From Chromatiales bacterium (GTDB taxonomy: Bacteria > Pseudomonadota > Gammaproteobacteria > Chromatiales > Chromatiaceae), in contig JANQEV010000099.1 in the NCBI GenBank assembly GCA_028278145.1, positions 1 through 37,009 on the forward strand: a stretch of DNA of 37,009 bases, given 5' to 3'. Each line of letters opens with the position of its first letter. The first letter of the stretch is position 1. The position numbers were made by a program, and so were the translations under genes. The notes beneath the pieces are model-generated. The model had not been told where the DNA came from and did no database searches. It was given only the letters and a program-made list of their open reading frames with translations. Shown here piece by piece: positions 24,454-34,234 of the stretch.

Positions 24454-27453
24454 TTGCAGTGTAGGTATCTGTGCTCTATCCGTAACAAAGTTAGGCAATT
24501 AGATGGAGATGGTGATTTGCACTGGCTAAAAAGCCTGATCTGTAAAATTAAAATTCGTCGACTCCTGCTGATTGTGATGGGATTGCTCAGTGCAGTGGCG
24601 ATATCGGCGCTGATGTGGAATGGCTACAATGTCCTACAGCAGTATCGTACTGCTAGTCGCTTGGCCTTGAACAGTGAACTGGCGGACAAGTCTCTCCTGT
24701 TTACCACTGAATTGGCCATTGAGCGTGGTCTTACCTACACCCTGTTAGCATCTTCTGATGCCCCTCAACCAGAGGCTTTGTTGCATCTGGAGGAGCAGCG
24801 AAAACGAGTTGATAAACGGTTTCATGCATTCCTGCGAATTCTTAATACACACTATATGCCTGATACGACAGAAGCCCTGCCACAGGGTTTCCGTATTTTT
24901 CAGAGACATAATCTGCAACTGGATAGGCTGCGCAATGAGATAGATTCCGTCTTTGAAAAACAGGTCAAGAAAGACATCTCAATGCAGTGGTTTGGACTGG
25001 TTACCTGGATAATTGAGGACGTTTCGCGCTTGCAGCGTGAGATTATGACTTCAACCCATGAGGCAGGGTATGTTATTGCACAGGGTCAACAGTTACGCTC
25101 GCTATTTTTCAGAATGACTGAAACAGCTGGGCTTGAGCGGGCCCTCATTGCCCAAAAGATCGCGTTGAAAAGGCGGCTTAATGATGACGATCTGAATCAA
25201 ATTGCAGATTTTCAGGAAGTACATAATAACGGCCATTTACAGTTACTGGAATTGATCAAGGAGTACCCGGATACAGGTGAACTGGGCCTGGCCATGGCAA
25301 GCTACAAGGCAGTATTCCGTGACAGCTATAAACGTCTTCGTAGGACGGTAATAGATGCCTCAGCTAGAGGAGTAAGTTATCCTTTATCGGCACTGGACTG
25401 GTTTTCTGAGGCCACTAAGGCCATAGATACAATAATAAAACTTTCCGAAGCATTTACTCACCATCACCGGTCTGATGTGGCTGTGATACAACGGCAGGCA
25501 AATAATACGGTGTTTACCATGGCAGGTACTGTTGTATTGGTGTTGCTGCTATTTACTTTTGCTTATTTAATCACCTATCGCCGCATACTAATACCACTGC
25601 AGATTCTGGACCAAGCGGCCAAAACTATCCAGCAGGGAGATCTGGGTCGGGAAGTGTCTCTAAGAGCCAGTGATGAGTTTGGGCGTTTGGGACAAAGCTT
25701 TGAATCCATGCGCCAGAGCCTGCTGGCAGACCGTGAACAGCGTGACAAAGCAGAGCAGGAACTGCGCAAGCTGCACCAGGCTGTAGAACAGAGCATAAGC
25801 TCACTGGTAATAACCGATGCACAAGGGGTCACTGAATATGTAAATCATCGTTTCGAATTGACTACTGGATATTCACCTGAGGAGGTTATTGGTAAAAAGT
25901 ACAACATTGTTCGCTCCGGTCACACACCAACAAAGGTCTACCAGGACTTATGGGATACCATCACCTCAGGTGATGTCTGGGAGGGAGAACTGCTTAATCG
26001 GAAGAAGAGTGGTGAACTATTCTGGGAACTGGTCAGCATCTCTCCTGTAAGCAATAAACAGGATGAAATTACCCACTTCATTGGCATGCATTATGATATT
26101 ACGCAACGCAAACACATGGAGGAGAAGCTGAATTATCTGGCCTATCATGATGAGATGACCGGGCTTCCCAACCGCACCCTGCTGGCAGACAGATTTCAAC
26201 AACTCACCAGTCAGTCTAAACGCAGGTCAGTCCAATTTGCCTTGCTGATGTTAGACCTGAATCGTTTCAAACTTATCAATGATAGCCTGGGCCATGAAAC
26301 TGGTGATCAGGTATTGGTAGAGGTTGGTGATCGACTGTTGCAGCTGGCGCGTAGTGAAGACACCGTGGCACGCTATGGTGGCGATGAGTTTGTGCTACTG
26401 GTAACAGATATTGAATCTGCAACAGACATAACTGAAATTGCACATCGTATTAATCGCAAGGTCAGTGAGCCTCTCTATATTGAAGAGCGTACCTTGCACA
26501 TTGGTTGTTCTATTGGGGTTGCCATCTGGCCACAGGATGGTGAAACCCTGGATAATCTTCTAAGTAATGCCGATGCCGCCATGTATCAGGCCAAGACTCG
26601 TAGTGGAGACAAACTGCAATTCTTTACCGACGAGTTGAATGCTAAAGTGCAACAGCGTATGGAGATGGAAAACGATCTGCGTGAAGCACTCACCAGAAAT
26701 GAATTGGAGCTATATTATCAACCCCAGTTCAATTTACAGGATGAGTGTATTACCGGGATTGAGGCCTTGCTACGCTGGAATCACCTGGATGGTATGGTTA
26801 TGCCAGATCGGTTTATTCCTCTGGCTGAGGAGACAGGCCTTATACTCCCCATTGGTGAGTGGGTTCTTGATCAGGCTTGTCAGCAGGTAGTGCAGTTAGA
26901 ACAGCTGGGGTATCCGGATCTGTCGGTATCTATCAATGTATCTGTGCGGCAATTGGAGGGGCAGGATATAGTCTCGGTTTTTAAACAGCTTATTAAAAGA
27001 ACTGGTATATCTCCTTCATCACTGGAAATTGAGATCACTGAAAGTGTAATGATGGATGATCCTGAAACCATGATTGAATCTCTGGCCAAACTGAAAAGCC
27101 TGGGGGTAAAATTGGCCTTGGATGATTTTGGAACTGGACACTCATCTCTTTCTTACCTGCAGCGTTTCCCCTTTGACAGACTCAAGATCGATCGTGCCTT
27201 TGTACGTAACATCACCGCCAACTCAGACGATGCCGCCATTGCCATTACCATAGGAGCAATGGCAAAAAGCCTTAATCTGGAGGTTATTGCAGAAGGTGTG
27301 GAAGATGAGGATCAGATGGATTTCCTGTTGGAGTGTGGGTGTAATCACATCCAAGGCTACATTATCAGCAAGCCGGTTCCGGCGAGTGAGCTCGTTGCTG
27401 TTCTGAAAAAATTTAAATCTTGTGCAAAGGATAAGCACCATATCACCACTTGA
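24454..27453 (+). CDS. membrane sensor HAMP/PAS-GGDEF-EAL protein (start codon uncertain)
   Basis: 999 aa ORF. TM helices, a coiled-coil, PAS, intact GGDEF (RYGGDEFVLL) and EAL (EALLRW ... DDFGTGHSSL). Confidence 0.8.
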   Translation: MQCRYLCSIRNKVRQLDGDGDLHWLKSLICKIKIRRLLLIVMGLLSAVAISALMWNGYNVLQQYRTASRLALNSELADKSLLFTTELAIERGLTYTLLASSDAPQPEALLHLEEQRKRVDKRFHAFLRILNTHYMPDTTEALPQGFRIFQRHNLQLDRLRNEIDSVFEKQVKKDISMQWFGLVTWIIEDVSRLQREIMTSTHEAGYVIAQGQQLRSLFFRMTETAGLERALIAQKIALKRRLNDDDLNQIADFQEVHNNGHLQLLELIKEYPDTGELGLAMASYKAVFRDSYKRLRRTVIDASARGVSYPLSALDWFSEATKAIDTIIKLSEAFTHHHRSDVAVIQRQANNTVFTMAGTVVLVLLLFTFAYLITYRRILIPLQILDQAAKTIQQGDLGREVSLRASDEFGRLGQSFESMRQSLLADREQRDKAEQELRKLHQAVEQSISSLVITDAQGVTEYVNHRFELTTGYSPEEVIGKKYNIVRSGHTPTKVYQDLWDTITSGDVWEGELLNRKKSGELFWELVSISPVSNKQDEITHFIGMHYDITQRKHMEEKLNYLAYHDEMTGLPNRTLLADRFQQLTSQSKRRSVQFALLMLDLNRFKLINDSLGHETGDQVLVEVGDRLLQLARSEDTVARYGGDEFVLLVTDIESATDITEIAHRINRKVSEPLYIEERTLHIGCSIGVAIWPQDGETLDNLLSNADAAMYQAKTRSGDKLQFFTDELNAKVQQRMEMENDLREALTRNELELYYQPQFNLQDECITGIEALLRWNHLDGMVMPDRFIPLAEETGLILPIGEWVLDQACQQVVQLEQLGYPDLSVSINVSVRQLEGQDIVSVFKQLIKRTGISPSSLEIEITESVMMDDPETMIESLAKLKSLGVKLALDDFGTGHSSLSYLQRFPFDRLKIDRAFVRNITANSDDAAIAITIGAMAKSLNLEVIAEGVEDEDQMDFLLECGCNHIQGYIISKPVPASELVAVLKKFKSCAKDKHHITT

Positions 27454-27623
27454 TTAGTGGTAAGCTGCCTTGTAAACCAGTATTCACCCACATAACCTGG
27501 CCACTTATACCTAATCTTGCTCTGCAAGGTCAGGAATAGTGGTTGTAGACGATTGCAGAGGTTTGCTACTGCATGCTACAGTCGCCGCTTTCAGGTCAAG
27601 CTAAGTCCTGATCACCGTTTTAT

Positions 27624-27739
27624 GGTGGCCTGTGTCGGTCCCCTCGCAACGTGAAGCCGTGAACCCGGTCAGGCCCGGAAGGGAGCAGCCGCAGCGGTGG
27701 AATCGTGTGCCGGGGTGTGGCTGATGCGGGCCGCCACCC
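27624..27739 (+). ncRNA. ffs: signal recognition particle RNA (4.5S RNA)
   Basis: Contains the conserved domain-IV core GGUCAGGCCCGGAAGGGAGCAGCC. The 5' end GGUGGCC pairs with the 3' end GGCCGCCACC. About 116 nt. It sits immediately upstream of dnaX, as in many gammaproteobacteria. Confidence 0.8.
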
Positions 27740-27828
27740 TTTCTCCATATCCGGTCTGAAGGTACTAGGTTCTTGCTCCCAGTAGGGTTAGAATAGATAT
27801 TTTATTGGATTGGAATCGACAAGCCTTC

Positions 27829-29451
27829 ATGAGTTATCAGGTCCTGGCCCGTAAGTGGCGTCCTCGTCTGTTTGCAGAACTGGTTGGCCAGGAACATGTG
27901 GTCCAGGCACTCACCAATGCCTTGGATCATGATCGTCTGCACCACGCCTACCTGTTCACCGGAACCCGCGGGGTTGGTAAGACAACACTGGCACGTATCT
28001 TTGCCAAATCCCTGAATTGTGAGCAGGGGGTTACTTCGGTTCCATGTGGCCAGTGTAGTGTCTGCGTGGAGATTGATGAGGGTCGCTTTGTTGACCTGCT
28101 GGAGGTGGATGCAGCTTCCAGAACCAAGGTGGACCAGACCCGTGAACTGCTGGATAACGTCCCCTATGCCCCCGTACGTGGTCGCTACAAGGTGTACATC
28201 ATAGATGAGGTGCACATGTTCTCAGACAGCAGTTTCAACGCACTGCTGAAGACCTTGGAAGAACCGCCACCCCATGTCAAATTTCTCCTGGCCACGACCG
28301 ATCCCCAAAAAGTTCCGGTTACAGTCCTGTCGCGCTGTCTGCAGTTTAATCTGAAGCGTCTGCCACTGGATCAGATCCAGGAGCGCCTGGAGCAGATTCT
28401 GCAGCAGGAATCTGTAGAGCATGATGTTTCTGCCCTGATGCAGCTGGCACGCGCTGCTGATGGAAGTATGCGTGATGCCTTGAGCCTTATGGATCAGGCC
28501 ATTGCCTTCGGTGGTGGTGAAGTTAAGGATGCTGAGGTTCGTACCATGCTGGGCACCATAGCCACTGAACAGGTGTTCAAGCTGCTGGAAGCATTGGCGG
28601 ATATGGACCCGCAGCGGGTAGTGGATTGTGTAGCGGAGCTAGCGGAGCGAGTGCCAGATTTTGCCAGCGTGTTGCAGGAGTTACTCTCCATGTTACACCG
28701 CACCGCACTCTATCAGGCAGTGCCCAAGGCTGTGGATGTCACTGATGTTGACCATGATCAGATACAGCTGTTAGCACAGAAGATGGCGCCAGAGGATGTG
28801 CAGTTGTTCTACCAGATAGGATTGGTTGGCCAGCGTGACCTGCCTCTGGCACCGGATCCGAGAAGTGGTTTTGAGATGGTATTGCTTAGAATGCTCGCCT
28901 TCCGACCGGAACAGGGTGCTGCTCAGGAGAGGAGCAGTACTGGAAAAAAGCCTGAGCCGGCCACAGCAAAGCCGCAGCAGGTTGCAGCGGCACCTAAAGC
29001 TGTCACTAGACCTGAGCCTGTACCTGCGGCACGTGCAGCAGTGGAGACCAGTCAAACTGGTACTCCTGCAGATCTGAAGGATTGGAGCAGGGTTATATCT
29101 GGGCTGAAAGTAGGGGGGATCTCGCGCCAGCTGGCGGAAAACTGCCAGTATCGTGAGTGGGATGGCACAACTCTGACCCTGACCCTGGATCCGGCCCATG
29201 AACACATGCGGGTGGAGAGTTCTGAACACCGTCTGGTACTGGCCCTGCAGGAGTTTCTGGGGACAGATGTTAAGCTGAAGATACAGGTGGAGCAGCCAGA
29301 ATCAGAAACTCCGGCCCAGCAACAGGCAAGGGCCAAGGCTGAGCGGCAGTGTGAAGCAGAACGGACCATGTCGGAAGATCCGTTGGTGCGGGCTGCAGAA
29401 GAGCAGTTTGGGGCCAGATTGATAGCCGAGTCGATCAAGCCTATAGACTAA
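27829..29451 (+). CDS. dnaX: DNA polymerase III subunits tau/gamma
   Basis: Starts MSYQVLARKWRPRLFAELVGQEHV, as E. coli DnaX does. Walker A GTRGVGKTT, a zinc module and the clamp-loader boxes. Followed by ybaB-recR. Confidence 0.9.
   Translation: MSYQVLARKWRPRLFAELVGQEHVVQALTNALDHDRLHHAYLFTGTRGVGKTTLARIFAKSLNCEQGVTSVPCGQCSVCVEIDEGRFVDLLEVDAASRTKVDQTRELLDNVPYAPVRGRYKVYIIDEVHMFSDSSFNALLKTLEEPPPHVKFLLATTDPQKVPVTVLSRCLQFNLKRLPLDQIQERLEQILQQESVEHDVSALMQLARAADGSMRDALSLMDQAIAFGGGEVKDAEVRTMLGTIATEQVFKLLEALADMDPQRVVDCVAELAERVPDFASVLQELLSMLHRTALYQAVPKAVDVTDVDHDQIQLLAQKMAPEDVQLFYQIGLVGQRDLPLAPDPRSGFEMVLLRMLAFRPEQGAAQERSSTGKKPEPATAKPQQVAAAPKAVTRPEPVPAARAAVETSQTGTPADLKDWSRVISGLKVGGISRQLAENCQYREWDGTTLTLTLDPAHEHMRVESSEHRLVLALQEFLGTDVKLKIQVEQPESETPAQQQARAKAERQCEAERTMSEDPLVRAAEEQFGARLIAESIKPID
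28944..28955 (+). promoter_or_regulatory. dnaX: dnaX programmed -1 ribosomal frameshift site (slippery heptamer A AAA AAG followed by TGA in the -1 frame)
   Basis: The in-frame codons are GGA AAA AAG CCT GAG. After a -1 slip the ribosome reads AAG GCC TGA, so the gamma subunit would end at 28953-28955, mirroring the E. coli mechanism. A GC-rich imperfect hairpin (gccgcagc...gcagcggc) lies about 20 nt downstream. Confidence 0.7.
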
Positions 29452-29725
29452 GGAGCCTCTGATTAATTCCATGATGGCCGAGACGCTGCTTTTGCGTCTT
29501 GAGATGCAAGGCGGCTTGTGCAGCTAATGGCCTTAGTCCTTAGCAAGCAAGCCAACACAGCAGATCTGGCGCAAAGGCGCGTCCCGAAGGGTTTGCACCA
29601 AATGGCGCGCTCGCTGTGTTGTGGCGCTTGCCGTATAGCTTTGGCATGCGGCCTGCGCACCACGCCTTGCGATCATCGCCATTTGGATACAAACTCGGTT
29701 CATCAGCGAACTAATCAGAGGCTCC
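29452..29725 (+). mobile_element. MITE-like repeat element, copy B (274 bp), inserted directly after the dnaX stop codon
   Basis: Starts with GGAGCCTCTGATT one base after the TAA and ends with AATCAGAGGCTCC. Flanked on both sides by CTAA (possible target-site duplication). The internal ORF 29518-29733 is not supported. Confidence 0.6.
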
Positions 29726-29751
29726 CTAATTGAAATAGTGAGGTAAGTGTT

Positions 29752-30075
29752 ATGCGTGGTGGTTTAGGCAACATGATGAAGCAGGTCCAGAAGATGCAGG
29801 ATGATCTGGCCAAGGCCCAGGAGCAGCTGGCCCAGGAAGAGGTTGAAGCCGAATCAGGTGGTGGCCTGGTAAAGGTGGTGATGAATGGCAAGCATGAGGT
29901 GAAGCGGGTATCCATCGATGATAGCCTGATGGGCGACGACAAGGAGATGTTGGAGGATCTGGTAGCGGCTGCCATGAATGCTGCGGTACAGAAGGTGGCG
30001 GATAAGACCAAGGACAGTATGTCTGGTGTTACCAGTGGTATGGGACTACCACCTGGGTTTAAGCTTCCATTCTAA
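29752..30075 (+). CDS. ybaB: nucleoid-associated protein YbaB/EbfC
   Basis: 107 aa starting [16 protein letters not shown]..., with the family signature. Conserved position between dnaX and recR. Confidence 0.9.
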   Translation: MRGGLGNMMKQVQKMQDDLAKAQEQLAQEEVEAESGGGLVKVVMNGKHEVKRVSIDDSLMGDDKEMLEDLVAAAMNAAVQKVADKTKDSMSGVTSGMGLPPGFKLPF

Positions 30076-30080
30076 AACAG

Positions 30081-30677
30081 ATGCCAGACCAGCCACTGCT
30101 AAATAGATTGATGGAGGCCCTGCGCTGCCTGCCAGGGGTTGGTCCAAAATCTGCCCAGCGCATGGCATTTTACCTGTTGGAGCGGGATCGGGAAGGGGGG
30201 CGAAATCTCTCCCGGGTAATGGCAGAGGCCATGGAAAACATTGGTAACTGCAACCGCTGTCGTACCCTGAGTGAGCAGGAGACATGCTCTATCTGCGCCA
30301 ACCCCAATCGTGATGACAGCTTATTATGCGTGGTGGAAACACCAGCAGAGCTAATGGTTATAGAGCAGGCCATCGATTACCGGGGACGCTATTTTGTCCT
30401 GGGTGGACATCTGTCGCCACTAGATGGGATTGGTCCCAGAGAGATAGGCCTTGACAAGCTGGAACAGCGTTTGGATGAAGGCAGTGTCACTGAGCTTATC
30501 CTGGCTACCAATACCACGGTAGAGGGTGAGGCTACGGCCCACTACATCAGTGAGATGGCCCATGCCAGGAATGTCCGTACCACACGTATTGCCCACGGCG
30601 TCCCCTTGGGCGGAGAACTGGAGTATGTAGATGGCGGCACCATCTCCCACGCCTTCGCCGGGCGTCAGGAAATGTAG
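30081..30677 (+). CDS. recR: recombination protein RecR
   Basis: 198 aa. C4 zinc finger [16 protein letters not shown] and a Toprim domain. Confidence 0.9.
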   Translation: MPDQPLLNRLMEALRCLPGVGPKSAQRMAFYLLERDREGGRNLSRVMAEAMENIGNCNRCRTLSEQETCSICANPNRDDSLLCVVETPAELMVIEQAIDYRGRYFVLGGHLSPLDGIGPREIGLDKLEQRLDEGSVTELILATNTTVEGEATAHYISEMAHARNVRTTRIAHGVPLGGELEYVDGGTISHAFAGRQEM

Positions 30678-30819
30678 ATCTGCCTCCATTGTATACGTGT
30701 TTAACCGCTAAGGATGCAAAGATAACTTAATCAATATATTAACTTAGCGCTCTTGGCGTTCTTCGCGGTTAATATGTGATGGTTGGGGTAGATGCTGAAA
30801 ATATACTTGGAGATATACC

Positions 30820-31164
30820 ATGACTGATTGTTTATTTTGTAAGATGGTCTCAGGTGAAATACAGCCTGATGTGGTATTGGAAAACGACGATGTCTTGGCC
30901 TTCCGTGATGTGAATCCCCAGGCCCCAACTCATATTCTCATTATTCCCAAAAAACATATCAGTACGATAAACGACATCGATGAATTAGATGCCATGCTAA
31001 TGGGGAAACTCTACCTGGCGGCCAAGCAGATAGCGGCTATGGAGGGCTTTTCCGAGTCTGGTTACCGTACTGTAATGAATTGCAATAAGGATGGTGGTCA
31101 GGCTGTATATCACATCCACCTGCACCTTCTTGGTGGCCGTGCCATGGGTTGGCCTCCGGGCTAA
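30820..31164 (+). CDS. HIT-family (histidine triad) nucleotide hydrolase
   Basis: 114 aa. Histidine triad HIHLHLLGG. SD ggaga before the ATG. Confidence 0.85.
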   Translation: MTDCLFCKMVSGEIQPDVVLENDDVLAFRDVNPQAPTHILIIPKKHISTINDIDELDAMLMGKLYLAAKQIAAMEGFSESGYRTVMNCNKDGGQAVYHIHLHLLGGRAMGWPPG

Positions 31165-31235
31165 CCATCTAATATACAAGGCTATTTCACATATAGCCTG
31201 TTTTTCAGCTATGCTATGGTGTACACCTTTCATAG

Positions 31236-31556
31236 ATGGCAGATGGTACCTTGACCACTATCGGTAGTGCTTTGATTCCACTGGTTAATGCGCAGCAACA
31301 GCGTGCGCAGACCTTCCCGCAGGAGATAAACCGTCTGCGGGAGGAGTCCCGTGTGGAGCGGGGCAGCATTGCATCCAGTCTAAGTGACGACGAGCGTGAC
31401 TCTCTAAGTGGTCGGGCAGACAGCCTGAGCCAGGATGATGATCTGGCTGGACTCACCACCAGGGCTCGGGCCGCAGTACAGGCCTATCAGGTGCAGGCGG
31501 TGGACGCCGAGCGGGAGCAGATAAGCCATCTAATGGGTGTAGACGTATTTGCCTAA
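31236..31556 (+). CDS. hypothetical acidic low-complexity protein (106 aa)
   Basis: An ORF filling the gap between the HIT gene and lysA. No SD and no motif found. Weak support. Confidence 0.3.
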   Translation: MADGTLTTIGSALIPLVNAQQQRAQTFPQEINRLREESRVERGSIASSLSDDERDSLSGRADSLSQDDDLAGLTTRARAAVQAYQVQAVDAEREQISHLMGVDVFA

Positions 31557-32810
31557 TCAGGCGCTTAGCACATTCTCTTCAAACTTCAGAGTCGCCAGGT
31601 GATCATCCAGGGTCTCGGCGCGACGAATCAGCTCCACAGAACCATCTTCACGCAGCAACAACTCCTGAGGCCGCAGACGGGCATTGTAGTTGAAGCCCAT
31701 GGCGTGACCGTGGGCTCCGGTGTCATGGATCACCAGCAGATCACCATCCTCTACCTTGGGGATGGAACGCTGGGTGGCAAACTTGTCGTTGTTTTCGCAC
31801 AGGGAACCGGCGACGTCCACTACCTCTTCGTTACCGCTCTTACCTGGTACGGTAATGTGGTGATAGGCGCCGTAGAGGCCAGGACGCATCAGGGATGACA
31901 TGCAGGCATCCACGCCCACATAGGTGCGGTAGATCTCCTTGCGGTTTATGGCGCGGGTGACCAGGGCACCATGGGGGCCGGTGATGTAGCGGCCGCTCTC
32001 CACAAACATCCTGGGTGCATAGCCATTGCGTTCTTTGAAGGCATCGAAATGGGCGGTGATCTCCCGGGCCATGGAATCAATATCCAGGGGATGATCTTCA
32101 GGACGGTAGGGGATACCCAGGCCGCCACCGATGTTGATGAACTCAAAGGTGATATCCAGCTCTTGTGAGATGTATTCCACCATCTCCAGCAGCATGTCCG
32201 AGGTCTCCACCATGTAGGTGTAGTTGAGCTCATTGGAGGCCAGCATGGTGTGCAGGCCAAAGCGTTTTACCCCCATATCCTTGGCCTGGCGATAGGCGTC
32301 CAGGATCTGGTCATAGGTTACGCCGTACTTAGCCTCCACCGGGTTGCCGATGATATGGTTTCCGGTCCGGCGTTCACCCGGGTTATAGCGGAAGCAGATC
32401 AGTTCCGGCAGCTCAGGGACTTTCTTCAGTAGTGAGATATCATCCAGGTTCAGGATGCAACCACCTTCAGCAGCAGCACAGATAAACTCCTCCTGGCTGG
32501 TGTTGTTGGAGGTGAACATGATGTCTTCGCCATGCCCGCCAGCCGCGCGGCTCAGAACCAGCTCAGCGATGGAGCTGCAGTCATAGCCAAAACCCAGGGA
32601 CTGCATGATGTTGAGAATTCCGGGGTTGGGCAGGGCCTTGACCGCGTAGTACTCACGAAATCCATCGATACCGGAGAACACTTCCTTCAGATGGTTGCCG
32701 GTCTGCTTGATACCTGCTTCATCGTAGATATGAAACGGTGTTCCAAAATGTGCGGCAATGTCATCCAGCCGTGGGTACAGCCGGTTTTCAAAACTTTTGG
32801 ACATGGGCAT
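31557..32810 (-). CDS. lysA: PLP-dependent decarboxylase of the Orn/DAP/Arg family, most likely diaminopimelate decarboxylase
   Basis: 417 aa. PLP-lysine motif YAVKALPNPGIL. Length and context (next to dapL) favour LysA. Carboxynorspermidine decarboxylase is not excluded. Confidence 0.6.
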   Translation of the reverse strand: MPMSKSFENRLYPRLDDIAAHFGTPFHIYDEAGIKQTGNHLKEVFSGIDGFREYYAVKALPNPGILNIMQSLGFGYDCSSIAELVLSRAAGGHGEDIMFTSNNTSQEEFICAAAEGGCILNLDDISLLKKVPELPELICFRYNPGERRTGNHIIGNPVEAKYGVTYDQILDAYRQAKDMGVKRFGLHTMLASNELNYTYMVETSDMLLEMVEYISQELDITFEFINIGGGLGIPYRPEDHPLDIDSMAREITAHFDAFKERNGYAPRMFVESGRYITGPHGALVTRAINRKEIYRTYVGVDACMSSLMRPGLYGAYHHITVPGKSGNEEVVDVAGSLCENNDKFATQRSIPKVEDGDLLVIHDTGAHGHAMGFNYNARLRPQELLLREDGSVELIRRAETLDDHLATLKFEENVLSA

Positions 32811-32864
32811 AGCTAGTTCACCTTCAAATACTGTTGATTACCCTGATTTATTGTCAGCAAATAC

Positions 32865-34085
32865 TTAGATGCTGTTGCTGATCCGGTCCATGGCCTCTTT
32901 CACGTTCTCGAAGCTGTTGAAGGCACTGATGCGGATGTAACCCTCACCGCACTTGCCGAAGCCAGCACCTGGAGTGCAGACCACTCCAGCCTTGTTCAGC
33001 AGCATGTCGAAGAACTCCCAGGAGTCCATCTTGCCATCGATCCAGATGTAAGGAGAGTTGTCACCACCGATGCAGTCATAACCCAGAGCGTTGATCTTCT
33101 CGCGGATGTAGGCGGCATTGTTCATATAGTAAGAGACCAGTTCCTTGATCTGGGCCTGTCCCTCGTCGCTATACACAGCTTCAGCTGCACGTTGCACCGG
33201 ATAGGAGACACTGTTGAATTTGGTAGTGTGGCGACGGTTCCACAGGGAGTGAACCGATACTGCCTCACCGGACTCGGTATAGGCCATGCACTCCTTGGGC
33301 ACCACGGTGTAGGCGCAGCGGGTACCGGTGAAACCGGCGTTCTTGGACAGGCTGCGGAACTCCACGGCCACCTCGCGCGCTCCTTCCACCTCATAGATGG
33401 AACGGGGGATATTCTCATCCTGGACGAAGGCCTCGTAGGCGGCGTCATACAGGATCAGGGCCTTGGTCTCCTTGGCAAAATCCACCCATTTCTTGAGCTG
33501 GTCTTTGGTTATGGTGGCACCGGTAGGGTTGTTGGGGAAGCAGAGGTATATCAGGTCTACCGGTTCACTGGGGATCTCAGGGATGAAGTTATTCTCCTTG
33601 GTGGCCTCCAGGTAGACCAGGCCTTTGTAGCGGCCATTCTCTGCCTCGCCGGTACGACCAGCCATCACGTTAGTATCTACGTACACCGGATAGACTGGAT
33701 CTGGGATGGCAATGGTGATGTCGCTGGAGAAGATCTCCTGAAAGTTTCCTGTATCGCACTTGGCCCCGTCGCTGACGAAGACCTCATCAGCATCAACATT
33801 GCAGCCCCGGGACTGGAAATCACCCTTGGCGATGGCCTCACGCAGGAAGTCATAACCCTGTTCCGGTCCATAACCACGAAAACTGCTGTCGCTGGCCATC
33901 TCATCCACTGCGGCATGGAATGCCTTGACGCAGGCGTCTGGCAGGGCACGGGTAACGTCACCGATGCCGAGCTTGATCACCTTCTGATCCGGATGCGCCT
34001 CCTGATGGGCGGCTACGCGCTTGGCGATGTCGGAGAAGAGATAGGAGGCCTGAAGCTTGTTAAAGTTCTCGTTGATTTTGATCAT
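32865..34085 (-). CDS. dapL: LL-diaminopimelate aminotransferase (DapL-type)
   Basis: 406 aa. N-terminus [24 protein letters not shown] and the motifs [17 protein letters not shown] and [10 protein letters not shown] match the DapL signature sequences. Confidence 0.8.
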   Translation of the reverse strand: MIKINENFNKLQASYLFSDIAKRVAAHQEAHPDQKVIKLGIGDVTRALPDACVKAFHAAVDEMASDSSFRGYGPEQGYDFLREAIAKGDFQSRGCNVDADEVFVSDGAKCDTGNFQEIFSSDITIAIPDPVYPVYVDTNVMAGRTGEAENGRYKGLVYLEATKENNFIPEIPSEPVDLIYLCFPNNPTGATITKDQLKKWVDFAKETKALILYDAAYEAFVQDENIPRSIYEVEGAREVAVEFRSLSKNAGFTGTRCAYTVVPKECMAYTESGEAVSVHSLWNRRHTTKFNSVSYPVQRAAEAVYSDEGQAQIKELVSYYMNNAAYIREKINALGYDCIGGDNSPYIWIDGKMDSWEFFDMLLNKAGVVCTPGAGFGKCGEGYIRISAFNSFENVKEAMDRISNSI

Positions 34086-34234
34086 TTGATACCTCGGTCG
34101 ATCCTTTGTGTCTTGTGGTTGGTGTTAGCCAGTCCGAATTTGGTAAAGCCGCGTAGTATATTCTATCGTCAACTGCCTGGACAGTATCAGATGGATTGAA
34201 TGGTTACAGATGCAGCGGCTGGATAATCTGCTGG

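Noticed and set aside
33192-34199. 335-aa plus-strand ORF opposite dapL (and a 108-aa one at 33122-33448)
   Set aside because: It is antisense to a gene with unmistakable DapL motifs. It has no SD and its composition is proline/glycine-rich and repetitive.
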